32,000 nt of DNA, taken from Crocosphaera subtropica ATCC 51142. Lineage in GTDB: Bacteria; Cyanobacteriota; Cyanobacteriia; Cyanobacteriales; Microcystaceae. The DNA lies in the NCBI RefSeq assembly GCF_000017845.1, contig NC_010546.1, positions 60,001-92,000 on the forward strand. Reading direction: 5' to 3'. Numbering within the stretch: position 1 is the stretch's first letter; every line of letters begins with the position of its first letter. Shown piece after piece: positions 7,676-19,153 of this stretch. Position numbers and translations under genes: made by a program. The notes beneath the pieces are model-generated. The model made no database searches and had not been told where the DNA came from. It was given only the letters and a program-made list of their open reading frames with translations.

Positions 7676-10600
7676 ATGAATAGTACCTTCCTCAATCATC
7701 TCAACAGTCCTAAACGTCCTGTCCTCGTCTTTGACGGTGCAACCGGAACCTCCTTACAAAGCCAAAATTTGACCGCAGATGACTTCGGAGGACCCGAATA
7801 CGAAGGGTGCAATGAATATTTAGTGCATACCAAACCCGAAGCAGTGGAAAAGGTGCATCGAGGGTTTTTAGAGGTAGGTGCAGATGTGATTGAAACGGAC
7901 ACTTTTGGGGGGACTTCTATTGTCCTTGCAGAGTATGATTTAGCAGATAAAGCTTACTATTTGAATAAAAAAGCAGCAGAAATCGCTAAAAAAATGGCTG
8001 CTGAATATTCTACTCCAGAAAAGCCCCGTTTTGTGGCAGGTTCTATGGGTCCTGGAACGAAGTTACCGACTTTGGGACATATTGATTTTGATACTCTGAG
8101 AGACGCATACATCGAACAAGCAGAGGGATTATACGATGGGGGTGCAGATTTATTAATTATTGAAACTTGTCAGGATGTATTGCAAATAAAAGCAGCTTTA
8201 AACGCAGTTGAAGCGGTTTTTGAGAAGAAGAGAAACCGCTTACCAATTATGGTTTCGATTACGATGGAAACCATGGGGACGATGTTAGTGGGAACGGAAA
8301 TAAGTGCAGCCTTAGCCATTTTAGAACCCTATAAAATTGACATTTTAGGACTCAATTGTGCTACAGGTCCTGAACAGATGAAAGAACATATAAAATATCT
8401 ATCAGAACATTCACCTTTTATTGTTTCATGTATTCCTAATGCGGGTTTACCTGAGAATGTTGGGGGACAAGCTCATTATCGTTTGACTCCTATAGAATTA
8501 AAAATGGCATTAATGCACTTTATTGAAGATTTAGGGGTACAAATTATTGGGGGATGTTGTGGCACTCGTCCCGATCATATTAAAGCATTATCAGAACTTT
8601 CGCAAGATTTAACCCCCAAAGAACGGCATCCAGACTATGAACCTTCGGCAGCTTCAATTTATAGCACACAGCCCTATATCCAAGATAATTCATTCCTAAT
8701 TGTTGGGGAACGATTAAACGCCAGTGGATCTAAGAAATGTCGTCAGTTATTAGATGCTGAAGACTGGGATAGTTTAGTGTCTTTAGCAAAATCTCAGGTC
8801 AAAGAAGGGGCCCACGTTTTAGATGTAAACGTGGATTATGTGGGACGAGATGGGGTGCGAGATATGCACGAATTAGCCTCTCGTTTAGTTAATAATATCA
8901 CCCTTCCTTTGATGCTTGATTCTACAGAATGGCAAAAAATGGAATCAGGTTTAAAGGTTGCTGGTGGTAAATGTATTCTTAATTCCACTAACTATGAAGA
9001 CGGAGAAGAACGGTTTTTAAAAGTATTAGAATTAGCTAAAAAATACGGTGCTGGTGTGGTAGTTGGAACCATTGATGAAGAAGGAATGGGACGCACCGCA
9101 GATAAAAAATTTGAGATAGCAAAACGAGCTTACAATGCAGCCATAGATTATGGAATTCCTGCTCATGAAATCTTCTTTGATCCCTTAGCATTACCTATTT
9201 CTACAGGAATAGAAGAGGACAGAGAAAACGGAAAAGCTACTGTTGAAGCCATAAAACGTATTCGAGAAGAATTACCAGGATGTCATATAATATTAGGTAT
9301 TTCTAATATTTCTTTTGGCTTAAATCCTGCGGCCAGACAAGTATTAAACTCCGTATTTTTATATGAGTCAATGCAAGTCGGTTTAGATGGGGCTATTGTT
9401 AGTGCCAGTAAAATTTTACCTTTAGTAAAAATTGAAGAAGACCATCAAAAAGTCTGTCGTGATTTAATTTATGATCGACGAGAATTTGATGGTGATATTT
9501 GTACCTATGATCCGTTGACCAAGTTAACCGAATTATTTGCAGGAAAAACAACCAAAAAAGATCCCTCGAAAACGGCTAGTTTACCCATAGAAGAAAGACT
9601 CAAACAACATATCATAGATGGGGAACGGTTGGGGTTAGAAGATGCACTATCAGAAGCATTAAAACAATATCCTCCTCTCGATATCATCAACGTCTTTTTA
9701 TTAGATGGAATGAAGACAGTAGGGGAGTTATTTGGTTCGGGACAAATGCAGTTACCTTTTGTCCTACAATCTGCACAAACCATGAAAGCGGCTGTTGCTT
9801 ACTTAGAACCTTTTATGGATAAAGAAGAAGGAGAAGAAAATGATAGTGGAAAAGGTAAGTTTCTCATTGCAACGGTTAAAGGAGATGTCCATGATATCGG
9901 TAAAAATTTAGTGGATATTATCCTCTCTAATAACGGTTATAAAGTGATTAATTTAGGAATTAAACAACCCGTCGAAAACATTATCCAAGCGTATGAAGAA
10001 CATCAACCAGACTGCATTGCCATGAGTGGTTTATTGGTGAAATCAACCGCATTTATGAAGGATAATTTAGAGGTATTTAATGAGCGTGGTATAGATGTTC
10101 CTGTTATCCTAGGAGGCGCAGCCTTAACCCCGAAATTTGTCTATGAAGACTGTCAAAACACCTATAAAGGTAAAGTCGTTTATGGAAAAGATGCTTTTTC
10201 TGATTTGCATTTCATGGATAAATTGATGCCAGCAAAATCAGCAGAAAACTGGGATAATTTACAAGGATTTTTAGGAGAATTTACCGATAATAATAGTCTC
10301 TTTCAAGAAGAAAGAGGAGAAAAAGCAGCCGAAAAAGCTACTGAGAAAAATGGTAAGTCTTCAACACAAGAAACCCCGACAGTTATCGATACAAAACGAT
10401 CAGAAGCCGTTGAAATCTTGGAACCTGCTACCCCTCCATTCTGGGGGACAAAAATTCTAAAATCCAATGAATTCGACTTAAATGAAATTTTCTGGTACTT
10501 AGATTTACAAGCATTAATCGCAGGTCAATGGCAATTTCGTAAGCCTAAAGACCAGTCACGGGAAGAATATGAAGCATTTTTAGCTGAAAAAGTTTATCCT

Positions 10601-11257
10601 ATTTTAGAAGAGTGGAAACAAAAAGTAGTCACAGAAAACTTATTGCATCCTACGGTTATTTACGGTTACTTTCCTTGTCAATCTCAAGATAATAGTTTAC
10701 TCGTTTATGATCCAGAAACTATTAGAAATGCTAACAATAAGATCCCAGAAGATTTAGACCCCATCTGGAAAATTGACTTTCCCCGTCAAAAATCTGGCCG
10801 TCGTCTCTGTATTGCAGACTTCTTTTCCCCGAAAGAATCAGGAAAAATAGATGTCTTCCCGATGCAAGCCGTAACAGTAGGGGATATTGCTACAGAATAC
10901 GCTCAAAAACTTTTTGCTGCTAACGATTACACCAACTATCTCTATTATCATGGGATGGCCGTTCAAACCGCCGAAGCATTAGCGGAATGGACACACGCTA
11001 AAATTCGCCGAGAATTAGGATTTGCAGACAAAGAACCCGATAATATTCGAGAAATGCTACAACAACACTATCAAGGTTCCCGTTATAGCTTCGGATATCC
11101 AGCCTGTCCCAATATTCAAGATCAATATAAACAATTGGAAGTGATGGGATGCGATCGCATTAATATGTATATGGATGAAAGTGAGCAAATTTACCCTGAA
11201 CAGTCTACCACTGCGATTATTGCTTATCATCCTGTCGCTAAGTATTTTAGTGCGTAG
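7676..11257 (+). CDS. metH: Cobalamin-dependent methionine synthase
   Basis: 1193-aa ORF with the full domain order. The parts are a homocysteine S-methyltransferase domain (GGCCGT), a pterin-binding domain, a B12-binding domain ([11 protein letters not shown]), and the AdoMet activation domain ([10 protein letters not shown]). Confidence 0.97.
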   Translation: MNSTFLNHLNSPKRPVLVFDGATGTSLQSQNLTADDFGGPEYEGCNEYLVHTKPEAVEKVHRGFLEVGADVIETDTFGGTSIVLAEYDLADKAYYLNKKAAEIAKKMAAEYSTPEKPRFVAGSMGPGTKLPTLGHIDFDTLRDAYIEQAEGLYDGGADLLIIETCQDVLQIKAALNAVEAVFEKKRNRLPIMVSITMETMGTMLVGTEISAALAILEPYKIDILGLNCATGPEQMKEHIKYLSEHSPFIVSCIPNAGLPENVGGQAHYRLTPIELKMALMHFIEDLGVQIIGGCCGTRPDHIKALSELSQDLTPKERHPDYEPSAASIYSTQPYIQDNSFLIVGERLNASGSKKCRQLLDAEDWDSLVSLAKSQVKEGAHVLDVNVDYVGRDGVRDMHELASRLVNNITLPLMLDSTEWQKMESGLKVAGGKCILNSTNYEDGEERFLKVLELAKKYGAGVVVGTIDEEGMGRTADKKFEIAKRAYNAAIDYGIPAHEIFFDPLALPISTGIEEDRENGKATVEAIKRIREELPGCHIILGISNISFGLNPAARQVLNSVFLYESMQVGLDGAIVSASKILPLVKIEEDHQKVCRDLIYDRREFDGDICTYDPLTKLTELFAGKTTKKDPSKTASLPIEERLKQHIIDGERLGLEDALSEALKQYPPLDIINVFLLDGMKTVGELFGSGQMQLPFVLQSAQTMKAAVAYLEPFMDKEEGEENDSGKGKFLIATVKGDVHDIGKNLVDIILSNNGYKVINLGIKQPVENIIQAYEEHQPDCIAMSGLLVKSTAFMKDNLEVFNERGIDVPVILGGAALTPKFVYEDCQNTYKGKVVYGKDAFSDLHFMDKLMPAKSAENWDNLQGFLGEFTDNNSLFQEERGEKAAEKATEKNGKSSTQETPTVIDTKRSEAVEILEPATPPFWGTKILKSNEFDLNEIFWYLDLQALIAGQWQFRKPKDQSREEYEAFLAEKVYPILEEWKQKVVTENLLHPTVIYGYFPCQSQDNSLLVYDPETIRNANNKIPEDLDPIWKIDFPRQKSGRRLCIADFFSPKESGKIDVFPMQAVTVGDIATEYAQKLFAANDYTNYLYYHGMAVQTAEALAEWTHAKIRRELGFADKEPDNIREMLQQHYQGSRYSFGYPACPNIQDQYKQLEVMGCDRINMYMDESEQIYPEQSTTAIIAYHPVAKYFSA

Positions 11258-11382
11258 TATCTCAATAAAATTTTAGTATTGCTTACTTATTAGTTGATTA
11301 AGATTGATAAGTAAGTCATGCTAACTCTAATTCAATCGTGTACATTATATAGCGTCTAGAAATGAGATGTGAAAATTATCTC

Positions 11383-11403
11383 CTGCCTTCTGTCTTCTGC
11401 CTT
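11383..11403. repeat. Tandem heptamer repeat CTGCCTT CTGTCTT CTGCCTT
   Basis: Read directly. It is intergenic, between metH and the ClC channel gene. Confidence 0.65.
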
Positions 11404-11618
11404 TCTCAGTTAGCCAGTTGACACTTAAATAGAAATCCCATAGGGATACAAGTGAGCCAAAGAGGTAATTAATTATTGAATCAAATCTATAATTAATTTT
11501 TAATAAAACCACGTTGTTCCAAACAAATCGAATGTCGTAAAAAAATATAGAAGATTTTGCCTTCAACCCCTAAAATATCTTCTATGATCAAAACACATTG
11601 GCGCAATCTGGGTAATCC

Positions 11619-14267
11619 ATGCAGCCTCATTTAATGCCTCAACGTCTTTATCAATGGTTCAAATCAAGAAACTTTGCTCTTAATGCCACGGACACCCGTT
11701 ATGCCTTAGTAGAAGCAAGTTTAATTGGAGTGCTTTCAGCGATCGCAGCCTTGATCCTCAAACAAGGGGTCGGTTGGTTAGGAGGTTGGCGTGTTGCCTT
11801 AGCCAATGAATTCGGCGGAATAGTCGTGCTTCCCTTGGGAGGACTTATTTTAGGCTATTTAGCCGGTTGGATCATCGAAACCCTGTCCCCCACAGCGACA
11901 GGAGGCGGGATCACTCAAGTTAAAGCAGCCTTAGCCCGATATCCGGTGCCTTTATCTTTACGGGTCGCCATCGTTAAATTGATTGGAACCATTTTAGTCT
12001 TAGGAGGAGGGTTAACCCTCGGCCGTCGTGCGCCAACTGTTCATATTGGGGCCGCTTTAGCAGCGCAACTAAGTAGCTGGGTTCCTACCTCCCCAGAACA
12101 TCGACGACAAATGATCGCAGCCGGGGCAGCAGCAGGACTCGCAGCCGGTTTTACCACCCCCATTGCCGGGGTTTTATTTGTCATTGAAGAGTTGATGCGG
12201 GATGTGTCGGGGTTAACCCTAGAAACGGCTATTGTCGCCTCTTTTACTGGGGCAGTGGTGTCTTTAATTTTGCAATCGTCTACCCTCAATTTGCCCTCCT
12301 CATTATTAGAACTGCCCGATATTACCTTTTCTGCCTTAGATATTCCCTTTTATCTGCTTCTAGGCATCTTAGCCGGGGTCTTAGGGGCTTTATTTAATCG
12401 AGGACTCCTGCTAAGTGTCAAAATACAACATCAGTTCAATTTACCCTTATCCTGGCGCATTGGTTTAATGGGAATGGTTTCAGGTATCATCATCGCAGTC
12501 CTGCCTCCCTTCTTTCGCGATAATGCAGGACTGCGGATTATTTTGGTCACGGGGGAATTAGATTGGAGTCGCATTTTATTGGCTTTCGTCGCTCATTTTT
12601 TCCTCACCATTTTGGCCTATAGTGCTAACACCCCTGGAGGGTTATTCGGTCCAGCACTGGTATTGGGATCGGCCTTAGGGTATTTAGTGGGAGATTTTGA
12701 GCAATTTTTGACAGGAACGGGTACTCAATCGAGTTATGCCTTAGCCGGAATGGGGGCGTTTTTCACCGCAGTCGTCAGGGTTCCGGTAACAGCGATCGTC
12801 TTTGTCTTTGAACTCAATACGGATTTCAATATTGTTTTACCCTTGATGGTGACTTGTGCTGTTTCTTATATCGTGGCTGAGAGTGTCTCGCGGGGATCTC
12901 TCTACGAACATATGTTACACGCTCGTGGGATCTATATTAATGAAGCGGCCACAGGACAGGATTTTCTCTCCAAACTCACTGCGTCTCAGGTCATGGAGTC
13001 TCACGTTGAAACTCTATCCAGTGATTTGTCCTTAGATGAAGTCCTGCAAGCCATGTCTAACTCTACTCATCGGGGGTTTCCTGTGGTTGAGCAAGGTCAA
13101 TTAGTCGGCATTGTTACCCAGACGGATCTAGCTAAATTGAAGAAAGTGCCAGGATATACTCCCTTATCAGAATTTATGACCCGACGACCCATTACGGTAC
13201 AAGCAGAGTCCTCTTTAAGTGATGTGTTATACCTTCTCAACCGTTATCAATTGTCCCGTCTTCCCGTAACAGAAGGCCATAAATTAGTCGGAATTATTAC
13301 CCGAACAGATATTATTCGCATTGAAGCTAATCAGTTACAAGGGGATGATACCACCATCAATGAGGTGGTTCCTGATCCATCCTATATTGCCTATCAAACA
13401 CGGGCCCCCTTAGCTGGTGAGGGTCGCATTTTATTGCCGTTGGTTAACCCCGATACGGCAACCTCTCTGTTTAAAATTAGTGCAGCGATCGCTCAAAAAC
13501 AAAACCAGGAAATCGAATGTTTACAGGTGATTACCGTTCCTAAACACAGTGACCCTGCCCAAACCCCGGTTATTACCCAACATAGTCGTCAATTATTACA
13601 AAGAACCGAACGATTAGGCCGTCAATATCATCTTCCTGTTCATACTCAAATTCGTATTGCCCACGATCGCGCCCAAGCCATTTTAGATACCATTCGAGAA
13701 CGACACATCGATCTCATGGTTTTACAATGGACCGATGACAATCACAGTCCAGGGACGATTTTTGACCCAGTGATTGATGTTTTAATTCGTAAAGCTACTT
13801 GCGAATTAGTTCTAGTTAAACTAGGTCAAGAAAAAGAAGCGTATCCCCAAACCTTAGATAAAGATGCCACTTGGTTACTTCCCATTGCTGGTGGTCCCAA
13901 TGCCAAACGAGCCATGGAATTGTTACCCGGATTAATCAAATTATATACTCGTCCTCGTTCCCCTATTATTTGGTTATGTCAGGTATTTTCTCCCCATAAA
14001 GCTACCCCTAATTATCAATCCTTAGAAGTTGCAGCTAAACGTTTAAAAGAAGAACTTGAACGTCCTGTGATTCCCCTTCCTGTTCGTTCTCAGTCTGTGG
14101 CCGATGCCATCATTCATTTAGCCGAAGCAGAAACCTGTGATGTGGTCATGTTGGGGGTGAGTCGAGAAGGTTTATTAGTGCAAGTAATGCAAGGTAATCT
14201 GCCTAAAATGATCGCTCAACAGGTGAAAAGTACGGTGATTTTAGTGCGAGGAAAGTTAGATAATTAG
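11619..14267 (+). CDS. ClC-type voltage-gated chloride channel fused to a CBS pair and tandem universal-stress-protein (USP) domains
   Basis: 882-aa ORF. ClC selectivity motifs are present (GGGITQVK-like GxGIP region, GRRAPTVHIG = GREGP-like, PGGLFGPAL = GxFxP). Two CBS-like segments follow (GFPVVEQGQLVGIVTQTDL; RLPVTEGHKLVGIITRTDI). The C-terminal region of about 280 aa has a USP-like pattern (DLMVLQW..., CDVVMLGVSREG). Confidence 0.85.
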   Translation: MQPHLMPQRLYQWFKSRNFALNATDTRYALVEASLIGVLSAIAALILKQGVGWLGGWRVALANEFGGIVVLPLGGLILGYLAGWIIETLSPTATGGGITQVKAALARYPVPLSLRVAIVKLIGTILVLGGGLTLGRRAPTVHIGAALAAQLSSWVPTSPEHRRQMIAAGAAAGLAAGFTTPIAGVLFVIEELMRDVSGLTLETAIVASFTGAVVSLILQSSTLNLPSSLLELPDITFSALDIPFYLLLGILAGVLGALFNRGLLLSVKIQHQFNLPLSWRIGLMGMVSGIIIAVLPPFFRDNAGLRIILVTGELDWSRILLAFVAHFFLTILAYSANTPGGLFGPALVLGSALGYLVGDFEQFLTGTGTQSSYALAGMGAFFTAVVRVPVTAIVFVFELNTDFNIVLPLMVTCAVSYIVAESVSRGSLYEHMLHARGIYINEAATGQDFLSKLTASQVMESHVETLSSDLSLDEVLQAMSNSTHRGFPVVEQGQLVGIVTQTDLAKLKKVPGYTPLSEFMTRRPITVQAESSLSDVLYLLNRYQLSRLPVTEGHKLVGIITRTDIIRIEANQLQGDDTTINEVVPDPSYIAYQTRAPLAGEGRILLPLVNPDTATSLFKISAAIAQKQNQEIECLQVITVPKHSDPAQTPVITQHSRQLLQRTERLGRQYHLPVHTQIRIAHDRAQAILDTIRERHIDLMVLQWTDDNHSPGTIFDPVIDVLIRKATCELVLVKLGQEKEAYPQTLDKDATWLLPIAGGPNAKRAMELLPGLIKLYTRPRSPIIWLCQVFSPHKATPNYQSLEVAAKRLKEELERPVIPLPVRSQSVADAIIHLAEAETCDVVMLGVSREGLLVQVMQGNLPKMIAQQVKSTVILVRGKLDN

Positions 14268-14360
14268 TCATTATTTTATGATAATTTCTAGCTGAGAAAT
14301 ATTGACTTAAATACCATTTTGCGGTAATAAAATTATAGAAAAGCAATCGAGTAATAAGTA

Positions 14361-14723
14361 TTGACTTTAATGAATTATTTTTATCTTCGTCCCGAAGACT
14401 TACCCCCTCGCACCCCCATTGATGATTCTCTGCAACGCAAACTAGATCAAGCAGTCACTCATTATTTTTATGAAAGTTGCGATCGCCTGACGCAAAGGGT
14501 GTTATCTCAAGGTGGATGGTATGTAACGACCTGTGGCACTGCCCTAACGTTAATCATTATTTGTGTTGATAGAACACACAACTGGAACATCTTAAAATTT
14601 TTGCCTTCCCTGGCTAAATATTTAAAAGAATTTGCCCCCGCAACGAATGTTCGTATTTATCCCCCACCAGGAGACGGAACCTCATTAGAAATGACCTTCA
14701 AACTTCCAGTGATGTCTCGGTAA
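14361..14723 (+). CDS. Hypothetical protein
   Basis: 120-aa ORF that begins at TTG in the track; ATG at 14370 is an alternative start. I recognised no motif. Confidence 0.5.
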   Translation: MTLMNYFYLRPEDLPPRTPIDDSLQRKLDQAVTHYFYESCDRLTQRVLSQGGWYVTTCGTALTLIIICVDRTHNWNILKFLPSLAKYLKEFAPATNVRIYPPPGDGTSLEMTFKLPVMSR

Positions 14724-14727
14724 TAAT

Positions 14728-14748
14728 CAGTGAACAGTGAGCAGTTAT
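14728..14748. repeat. Tandem heptamer repeat CAGTGAA CAGTGAG CAGTTAT, overlapping a small hairpin AGCAGTTA/TAACTGCT
   Basis: Read directly, immediately after the stop at 14723. Confidence 0.6.
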
Positions 14749-15031
14749 GAGGATTAACTGCTTACTGTATCTAATTTAACAAAAAAAGTCTTATTATTTT
14801 TTATAATCCTTTTGTGCAACAAGAACGTCTGATTTGTGAGTGACAACCCCTGACTAAAATCTTCAGGATTTTAAGAACTCTTAATGGAAATAAACGTCAT
14901 AATTTTTTAAGAGCGTGTACCATAGAATGAAACTAGATGAATAGCTCGCTAATGGTTCACAAGCTTTTCATCTGTCATGGTTGGCTAACATAAACTGCTT
15001 TTTAATTCCCGTTCGACATCGAAAAAAACCT

Positions 15032-16417
15032 ATGAATAACATCATAAAATACTTGTGCCGTCATCAATCACTCTTATTAGGCGGAACCCTAGCAGCAATT
15101 TTTTTCCATAGCTTAGCCCTTCCCGTTAATAGTGCGCCCCAACCAGAAGTCTTAGAAGATAATCCCAAAGCCATTGTGGACGAGATGTGGCAAATTGTAA
15201 ATAATGAATTTGTGAATCGAGATTTTAATCGGGTTGATTGGCAAGCAAAACGTCGGGAATTGTTATCTCAGGACTATGAGAGTCCAAAACAAGCTTATAA
15301 AGCCATTCGTGAAGCCTTAGAAGATTTAGGTGACCCTTATACTCGCTTTTTGCCCCCTAATGAATTTTCTGTCTTGACCAGTCAAACCACAGGAGAATTA
15401 TCGGGAATTGGCGTAAGATTAGCCATCGATAAGCGAACCAGTGAAATTTATGTAATAGAAGCGGTGAAAAACTCCCCTGCCATGAAAGCAGGGTTAAAAC
15501 GGGGCGATCGCTTAATTCGTATTAACGGCAAACCCACAGCTTTAATGAGCCTAGAACAAGCACAAGAAGCAATTACTGGGGATCTGGGAACAGAAGTCAG
15601 TTTACAACTCTCACGACGGGAGAAAGGGGTTTTTCAAGTGACCCTAGAACGAGAACAAATTGAGATCCCAGCAGTCACCTATCATCTCGAAGAAAAAGAA
15701 GGCCATCGCATCGGCTATATCAAACTCGATGAGTTTAGTTCCCACGCCACCGAACAAATGAAACTGGCCATCGAAGACTTAGGAAAACAGCAAGTCTCGG
15801 GCTATGTTCTTGACTTGCGAGGAAACCCAGGGGGGTTACTGTTTGCCAGTGTAGATATTGCCCGTCTCTGGATGAAAAAAGGAGAAATTGTCAGCACCAT
15901 TGACCGCAAAGGAGGCGATCGCCATTTTTCCGCTAACGGCACTTCTTTAACCGACTTACCTCTAGTGGTTTTAGTCAACGAATGGTCAGCGAGTGCCAGC
16001 GAAATTTTAGCAGGGGCCCTCAAAGAAAATGGACGGGCAACGGTGGTGGGAACCACTACCTATGGTAAAGGGACGGTACAATCGGTTCATAATCTCTCCG
16101 ATGGTTCAGGGTTAGCGGTAACGATCGCCCGTTATTATCCCCCCAGTGGTACCGATATCAATCATAAAGGGATTAGCCCTAATGTTTATTTAGAATTGAC
16201 CATGGAGCAGCAAGCTCGCCTCAAAAACGATCCGGCTCTAATGGGAACCGATGCTGATCCCCAATACAATCGTGCCATTTCCATTTTAAAGGGTCGTAGT
16301 CAGCCGATTTCTAGCCCTTCTACTCCTAAACCTGTCGGCCTCCGATGGGAAGAGTTACAACAAACTGTCAAAGATCCCGATCCTCGTTGGCAAAGAATGC
16401 AGGAAACGGTTAATTAG
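15032..16417 (+). CDS. Carboxyl-terminal processing protease (peptidase S41, Ctp family) with PDZ domain
   Basis: The ORF 14981-16417 begins at TTG, and ATG 15032 (MNNIIKYL..., signal-like) is the more likely start. It has a PDZ-like segment (GIGVRL...VIEAVKNSPAMKAGLKRGDRLIRING) and S41 motifs (LDLRGNPGG, SASASEILAGAL, YGKGTVQ). Confidence 0.9.
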   Translation: MNNIIKYLCRHQSLLLGGTLAAIFFHSLALPVNSAPQPEVLEDNPKAIVDEMWQIVNNEFVNRDFNRVDWQAKRRELLSQDYESPKQAYKAIREALEDLGDPYTRFLPPNEFSVLTSQTTGELSGIGVRLAIDKRTSEIYVIEAVKNSPAMKAGLKRGDRLIRINGKPTALMSLEQAQEAITGDLGTEVSLQLSRREKGVFQVTLEREQIEIPAVTYHLEEKEGHRIGYIKLDEFSSHATEQMKLAIEDLGKQQVSGYVLDLRGNPGGLLFASVDIARLWMKKGEIVSTIDRKGGDRHFSANGTSLTDLPLVVLVNEWSASASEILAGALKENGRATVVGTTTYGKGTVQSVHNLSDGSGLAVTIARYYPPSGTDINHKGISPNVYLELTMEQQARLKNDPALMGTDADPQYNRAISILKGRSQPISSPSTPKPVGLRWEELQQTVKDPDPRWQRMQETVN

Positions 16418-16631
16418 TCATGAGCATCAGGGAACAAGGGGATAGTTAATCTCCTTGTTCTCAAAATACTGTTTTCTGATTAATTTTCCTTAGTTAATCG
16501 ATTCAATAATTGCCGTTAAAATTTGCCTCAGGCTAGTAGAAATTTGCTCAACTAAAATATTGGTCAAAATTTAATAATGCGATATGATGGAGAATGGAGT
16601 ATTTAAACAGAAAATCTTAAATTGAAGTGCT

Positions 16632-16934
16632 ATGGCTAAAAAAAGCATGATCGAGCGTGAAAAAAAGCGCGAACGTTTAATTGCAAAATATGCTGAAAAA
16701 CGGGCAGCCCTCAAAGAAGCCTTTGAAAACGCCGAAGATTTTGAAGAAAAAATCGAAATTCATCGTCAAATCCAACGTTTACCCCGTAATAGTGCGCCCA
16801 GTCGTCACCGTAATCGTTGCTGGTTAACAGGTCGTCCTAGAGGCTACTATCGTGATTTTGGCCTATCCCGCAACGTCCTCAGAGAATGGGCCCACGAAGG
16901 GTTATTACCTGGGGTCGTTAAATCCAGTTGGTAG
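16632..16934 (+). CDS. rpsN: 30S ribosomal protein S14 (long, zinc-independent form)
   Basis: 100-aa [16 protein letters not shown]...[26 protein letters not shown]...VKSSW is canonical S14. Confidence 0.95.
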   Translation: MAKKSMIEREKKRERLIAKYAEKRAALKEAFENAEDFEEKIEIHRQIQRLPRNSAPSRHRNRCWLTGRPRGYYRDFGLSRNVLREWAHEGLLPGVVKSSW

Positions 16935-16975
16935 TTATTGAATCTGATAGGGGCATAGCGTCAATTATGCCCTAC

Positions 16976-17311
16976 CTAACCTTGTCCGCAACAGTGATCA
17001 AACCCTAAACTATCAAGAATTAACTCACTGACAGCATTCGCTACAGCAAACTCACTGAAAAAGCTTTCTGTAAAATCAAAGGCTTGCATTTCTGTGACAA
17101 TGGCAATCACTAAGCTACCTAAGTCATTTTCTCCTTCGAGTCTTTGGCGTACAAAAATTTGAGCAGCCCGTTGGGCGATGGTTTCATTCACCTGTTCAGG
17201 GATAAACTCTTGATTGAGCCACTTTTGCAAGGCAACTTGTAACCATTCCTTTTCTTGTTGGGGATTGCGGATTGGAGGTAAAGTAATAGGAGGAATCGGT
17301 TGAGCCGTCAT
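16976..17311 (-). CDS. Hypothetical protein (acidic, ends CCGQG)
   Basis: 111-aa ORF, convergent with rpsN. I recognised no family motif. Confidence 0.55.
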   Translation of the reverse strand: MTAQPIPPITLPPIRNPQQEKEWLQVALQKWLNQEFIPEQVNETIAQRAAQIFVRQRLEGENDLGSLVIAIVTEMQAFDFTESFFSEFAVANAVSELILDSLGFDHCCGQG

Positions 17312-17337
17312 AATAATGGATTTACTGCGGAAAATCG

Positions 17338-17922
17338 ATGATGGAATTTAGCGAAAATGTAGACCCCATTATACAGGGATATGCCCAAGGTTATTTTTTG
17401 ATGGCAGATGAAAACGATGTACTGGGCTGGTATTCTAGTCGTCAACGGGCCCTAATTCCCCTCGATGAACGTTTTCACTATCCAAAATCCTTAAAACGAG
17501 TTTTGAATCAAAATATTTTTTCTGTGGCTATTAACCGTAATTTTCTGGGGGTATGCTACGGTTGTGCTGATCGCAAAACAACTTGGATCGCACCAGAATT
17601 AATTGATATATATTATCAACTACATTTAGCCGGTTATGCCCATAGCTTTGAAACTTGGCAAGGGAATGAGTTAGCCGGAGGGATTTTAGGCATTACCCTA
17701 GGAGGTGCATTTATTGGGGAATCGATGTTTTTTCGGATTCCTAATGGTTCAAAAGTAGCAATGGTTAAATTAGTAGAACATCTCAGACAACGTGGGTTTA
17801 CCCTATTTGATGCTCAACTGCAAAACGACCATTTAGCTAGATTTGGGTCTTATTTAGTTAGTGAGATCGAATACCAAAAATTTTTACAAGACGCTTTAAA
17901 GAATCCCTGTGTTTTTGTTTAA
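17338..17922 (+). CDS. aat: Leucyl/phenylalanyl-tRNA--protein transferase
   Basis: 194-aa ORF. The patterns GYFLMAD...W..P..RA..PL and [18 protein letters not shown] plus [16 protein letters not shown] match the L/F-transferase family. Confidence 0.85.
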   Translation: MMEFSENVDPIIQGYAQGYFLMADENDVLGWYSSRQRALIPLDERFHYPKSLKRVLNQNIFSVAINRNFLGVCYGCADRKTTWIAPELIDIYYQLHLAGYAHSFETWQGNELAGGILGITLGGAFIGESMFFRIPNGSKVAMVKLVEHLRQRGFTLFDAQLQNDHLARFGSYLVSEIEYQKFLQDALKNPCVFV

Positions 17923-17946
17923 GTTTATCTGTACTAACCTCGAAAA

Positions 17947-18843
17947 TTATAGCGGTTTACGTTGTGCAAACCGTAATTTTGCCGAACGAGATCGGGGGTT
18001 TTTTTCTTCTTCTTCAGGTTGAGGAATAATCGGTTTTTTAGTAATAACATCCAATAATAAAGAGTCTCGAAAACTATATTTTACCCTACGATCTTCAAGA
18101 CTATGAAAACTAATAATTCCTATGCGTCCCCCAGGTTTTAACCAATGGGGGGCTTTTTCTAAGAACCTTTCCAACGATCCTAATTCGTCATTAACCGCAA
18201 TGCGTAACGCTTGAAAAACACGGGTAGCCGGGTGTATGCGTCCATAACGTTGTTTTGGGGGAAAACATTTAGCAATGGCCTCTGCTAACTCTGTTGTCGT
18301 CTCAAAAGGACGTTGCTGTACCAAACGACGTGCAATTGCTCGCGATCGCCTTTCTTCTCCGTATTGATAAAATAGATCAGCCAAACTCGTTTGATCCCAA
18401 TGATTAATAATTTCACCTGCGGTCAGAGACTGTTCACGGTTCATCCGCATATCTAAAGGAGCCTGATGACGAAAACTAAAACCTCTCTCTGGCACATCGA
18501 ACTGAGGAGAGCTAACCCCTAAATCTGCAATGATGCCATTAAATTCCCCTATTTCACCTGGATAATCAGCAAAATTCCCCTGCCATACTTGCAAGCGTTT
18601 ATCTCCCATAAGAGAGAAATTTTCTTGAGTTATGGCGATCGCTTCCTCATCGAGATCAATTCCTGTTACTCTAACATCAGGAAAAGCCTCTAAAATCAGA
18701 CGACTATGGCCACCTCGCCCCAAAGTCGCATCTAGGTAATGGCCATTGGGTTCAATGGCTAAACCGTCTATCACCTCTTGGCATAATACTGGAGTGTGAA
18801 GATGAGGAGGATTAGGTTGATTAGGGTGATCTGTGTTAGTCAT
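17947..18843 (-). CDS. rsmH: 16S rRNA (cytosine1402-N4)-methyltransferase
   Basis: The ORF is 17947-18894, and internal ATG 18843 (MTNTDHP...) is the likely start. Motifs [25 protein letters not shown] and [12 protein letters not shown] are the canonical MraW/RsmH signature. Confidence 0.92.
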   Translation of the reverse strand: MTNTDHPNQPNPPHLHTPVLCQEVIDGLAIEPNGHYLDATLGRGGHSRLILEAFPDVRVTGIDLDEEAIAITQENFSLMGDKRLQVWQGNFADYPGEIGEFNGIIADLGVSSPQFDVPERGFSFRHQAPLDMRMNREQSLTAGEIINHWDQTSLADLFYQYGEERRSRAIARRLVQQRPFETTTELAEAIAKCFPPKQRYGRIHPATRVFQALRIAVNDELGSLERFLEKAPHWLKPGGRIGIISFHSLEDRRVKYSFRDSLLLDVITKKPIIPQPEEEEKNPRSRSAKLRFAQRKPL

Positions 18844-19153
18844 AACAATTAGGGTAACAGAAGAAAGGGAGGCAGTAGAGAAAATAAAGTACAAACAGAT
18901 ACTTATTTTTTCGTTTCACTCTTCCGCCCCATATCACACTCAAACTCAGTCTAAGCCTGAATTTTATTGTTATTGTGCTAACCCATACGATCACTTATGT
19001 GGGAATGTTCAGGAACTTATAATGCTTAAAATAATTCAAAAAAAAAGAAACCCAGGCGGGGATTCAGTTATTATTATGGATTTGGCGGCTCAACGCATGG
19101 TGTTTATTCACTGTTCCCTTTTGAATTTGAACAGAATCTTCACTCGTTCTATT

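Noticed and set aside
7696-9783. Antisense ORFs 7696-7902 and 9505-9783 within metH
   Set aside because: They are opposite a 1193-aa gene with complete MetH domain order and have no motifs.
11281-11316. Hairpin CTTACTTAT-N16-ATAAGTAAG after metH as a terminator
   Set aside because: It has an AT-only 9-bp stem, a 16-nt loop and no U-tract, which is too weak to call.
11416-11428. 13-nt identical string AGTTGACACTTAA shared with 25540-25552
   Set aside because: My rough estimate is that several 13-mer coincidences are expected among all position pairs in 32 kb. The flanks are not similar.
11345-11566. 73-aa minus-strand ORF in the metH/ClC intergenic region
   Set aside because: It has no SD, an AT-rich low-complexity translation, and contains the heptamer repeat. 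It is probably non-coding.
12041-12289. 82-aa antisense ORF in the ClC gene
   Set aside because: It is an Ala/Pro-rich mirror of a GC-richer coding stretch, a typical shadow ORF.
15802-16056. 84-aa antisense ORF in the S41 protease gene
   Set aside because: It is a shadow ORF opposite the conserved protease motifs.
16948-16974. Hairpin TAGGGGCATA-N8-TATGCCCTA between convergent rpsN and the 111-aa gene
   Set aside because: It is plausibly a terminator by position, but the stem is bulged and there is no U-tract on either strand. I did not list it as a feature.
18833-19153. N-terminal 107 codons of the 242-aa track ORF
   Set aside because: This part overlaps the rsmH 5' end antisense and translates to non-protein-like sequence. 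The DUF4168-like part begins later.
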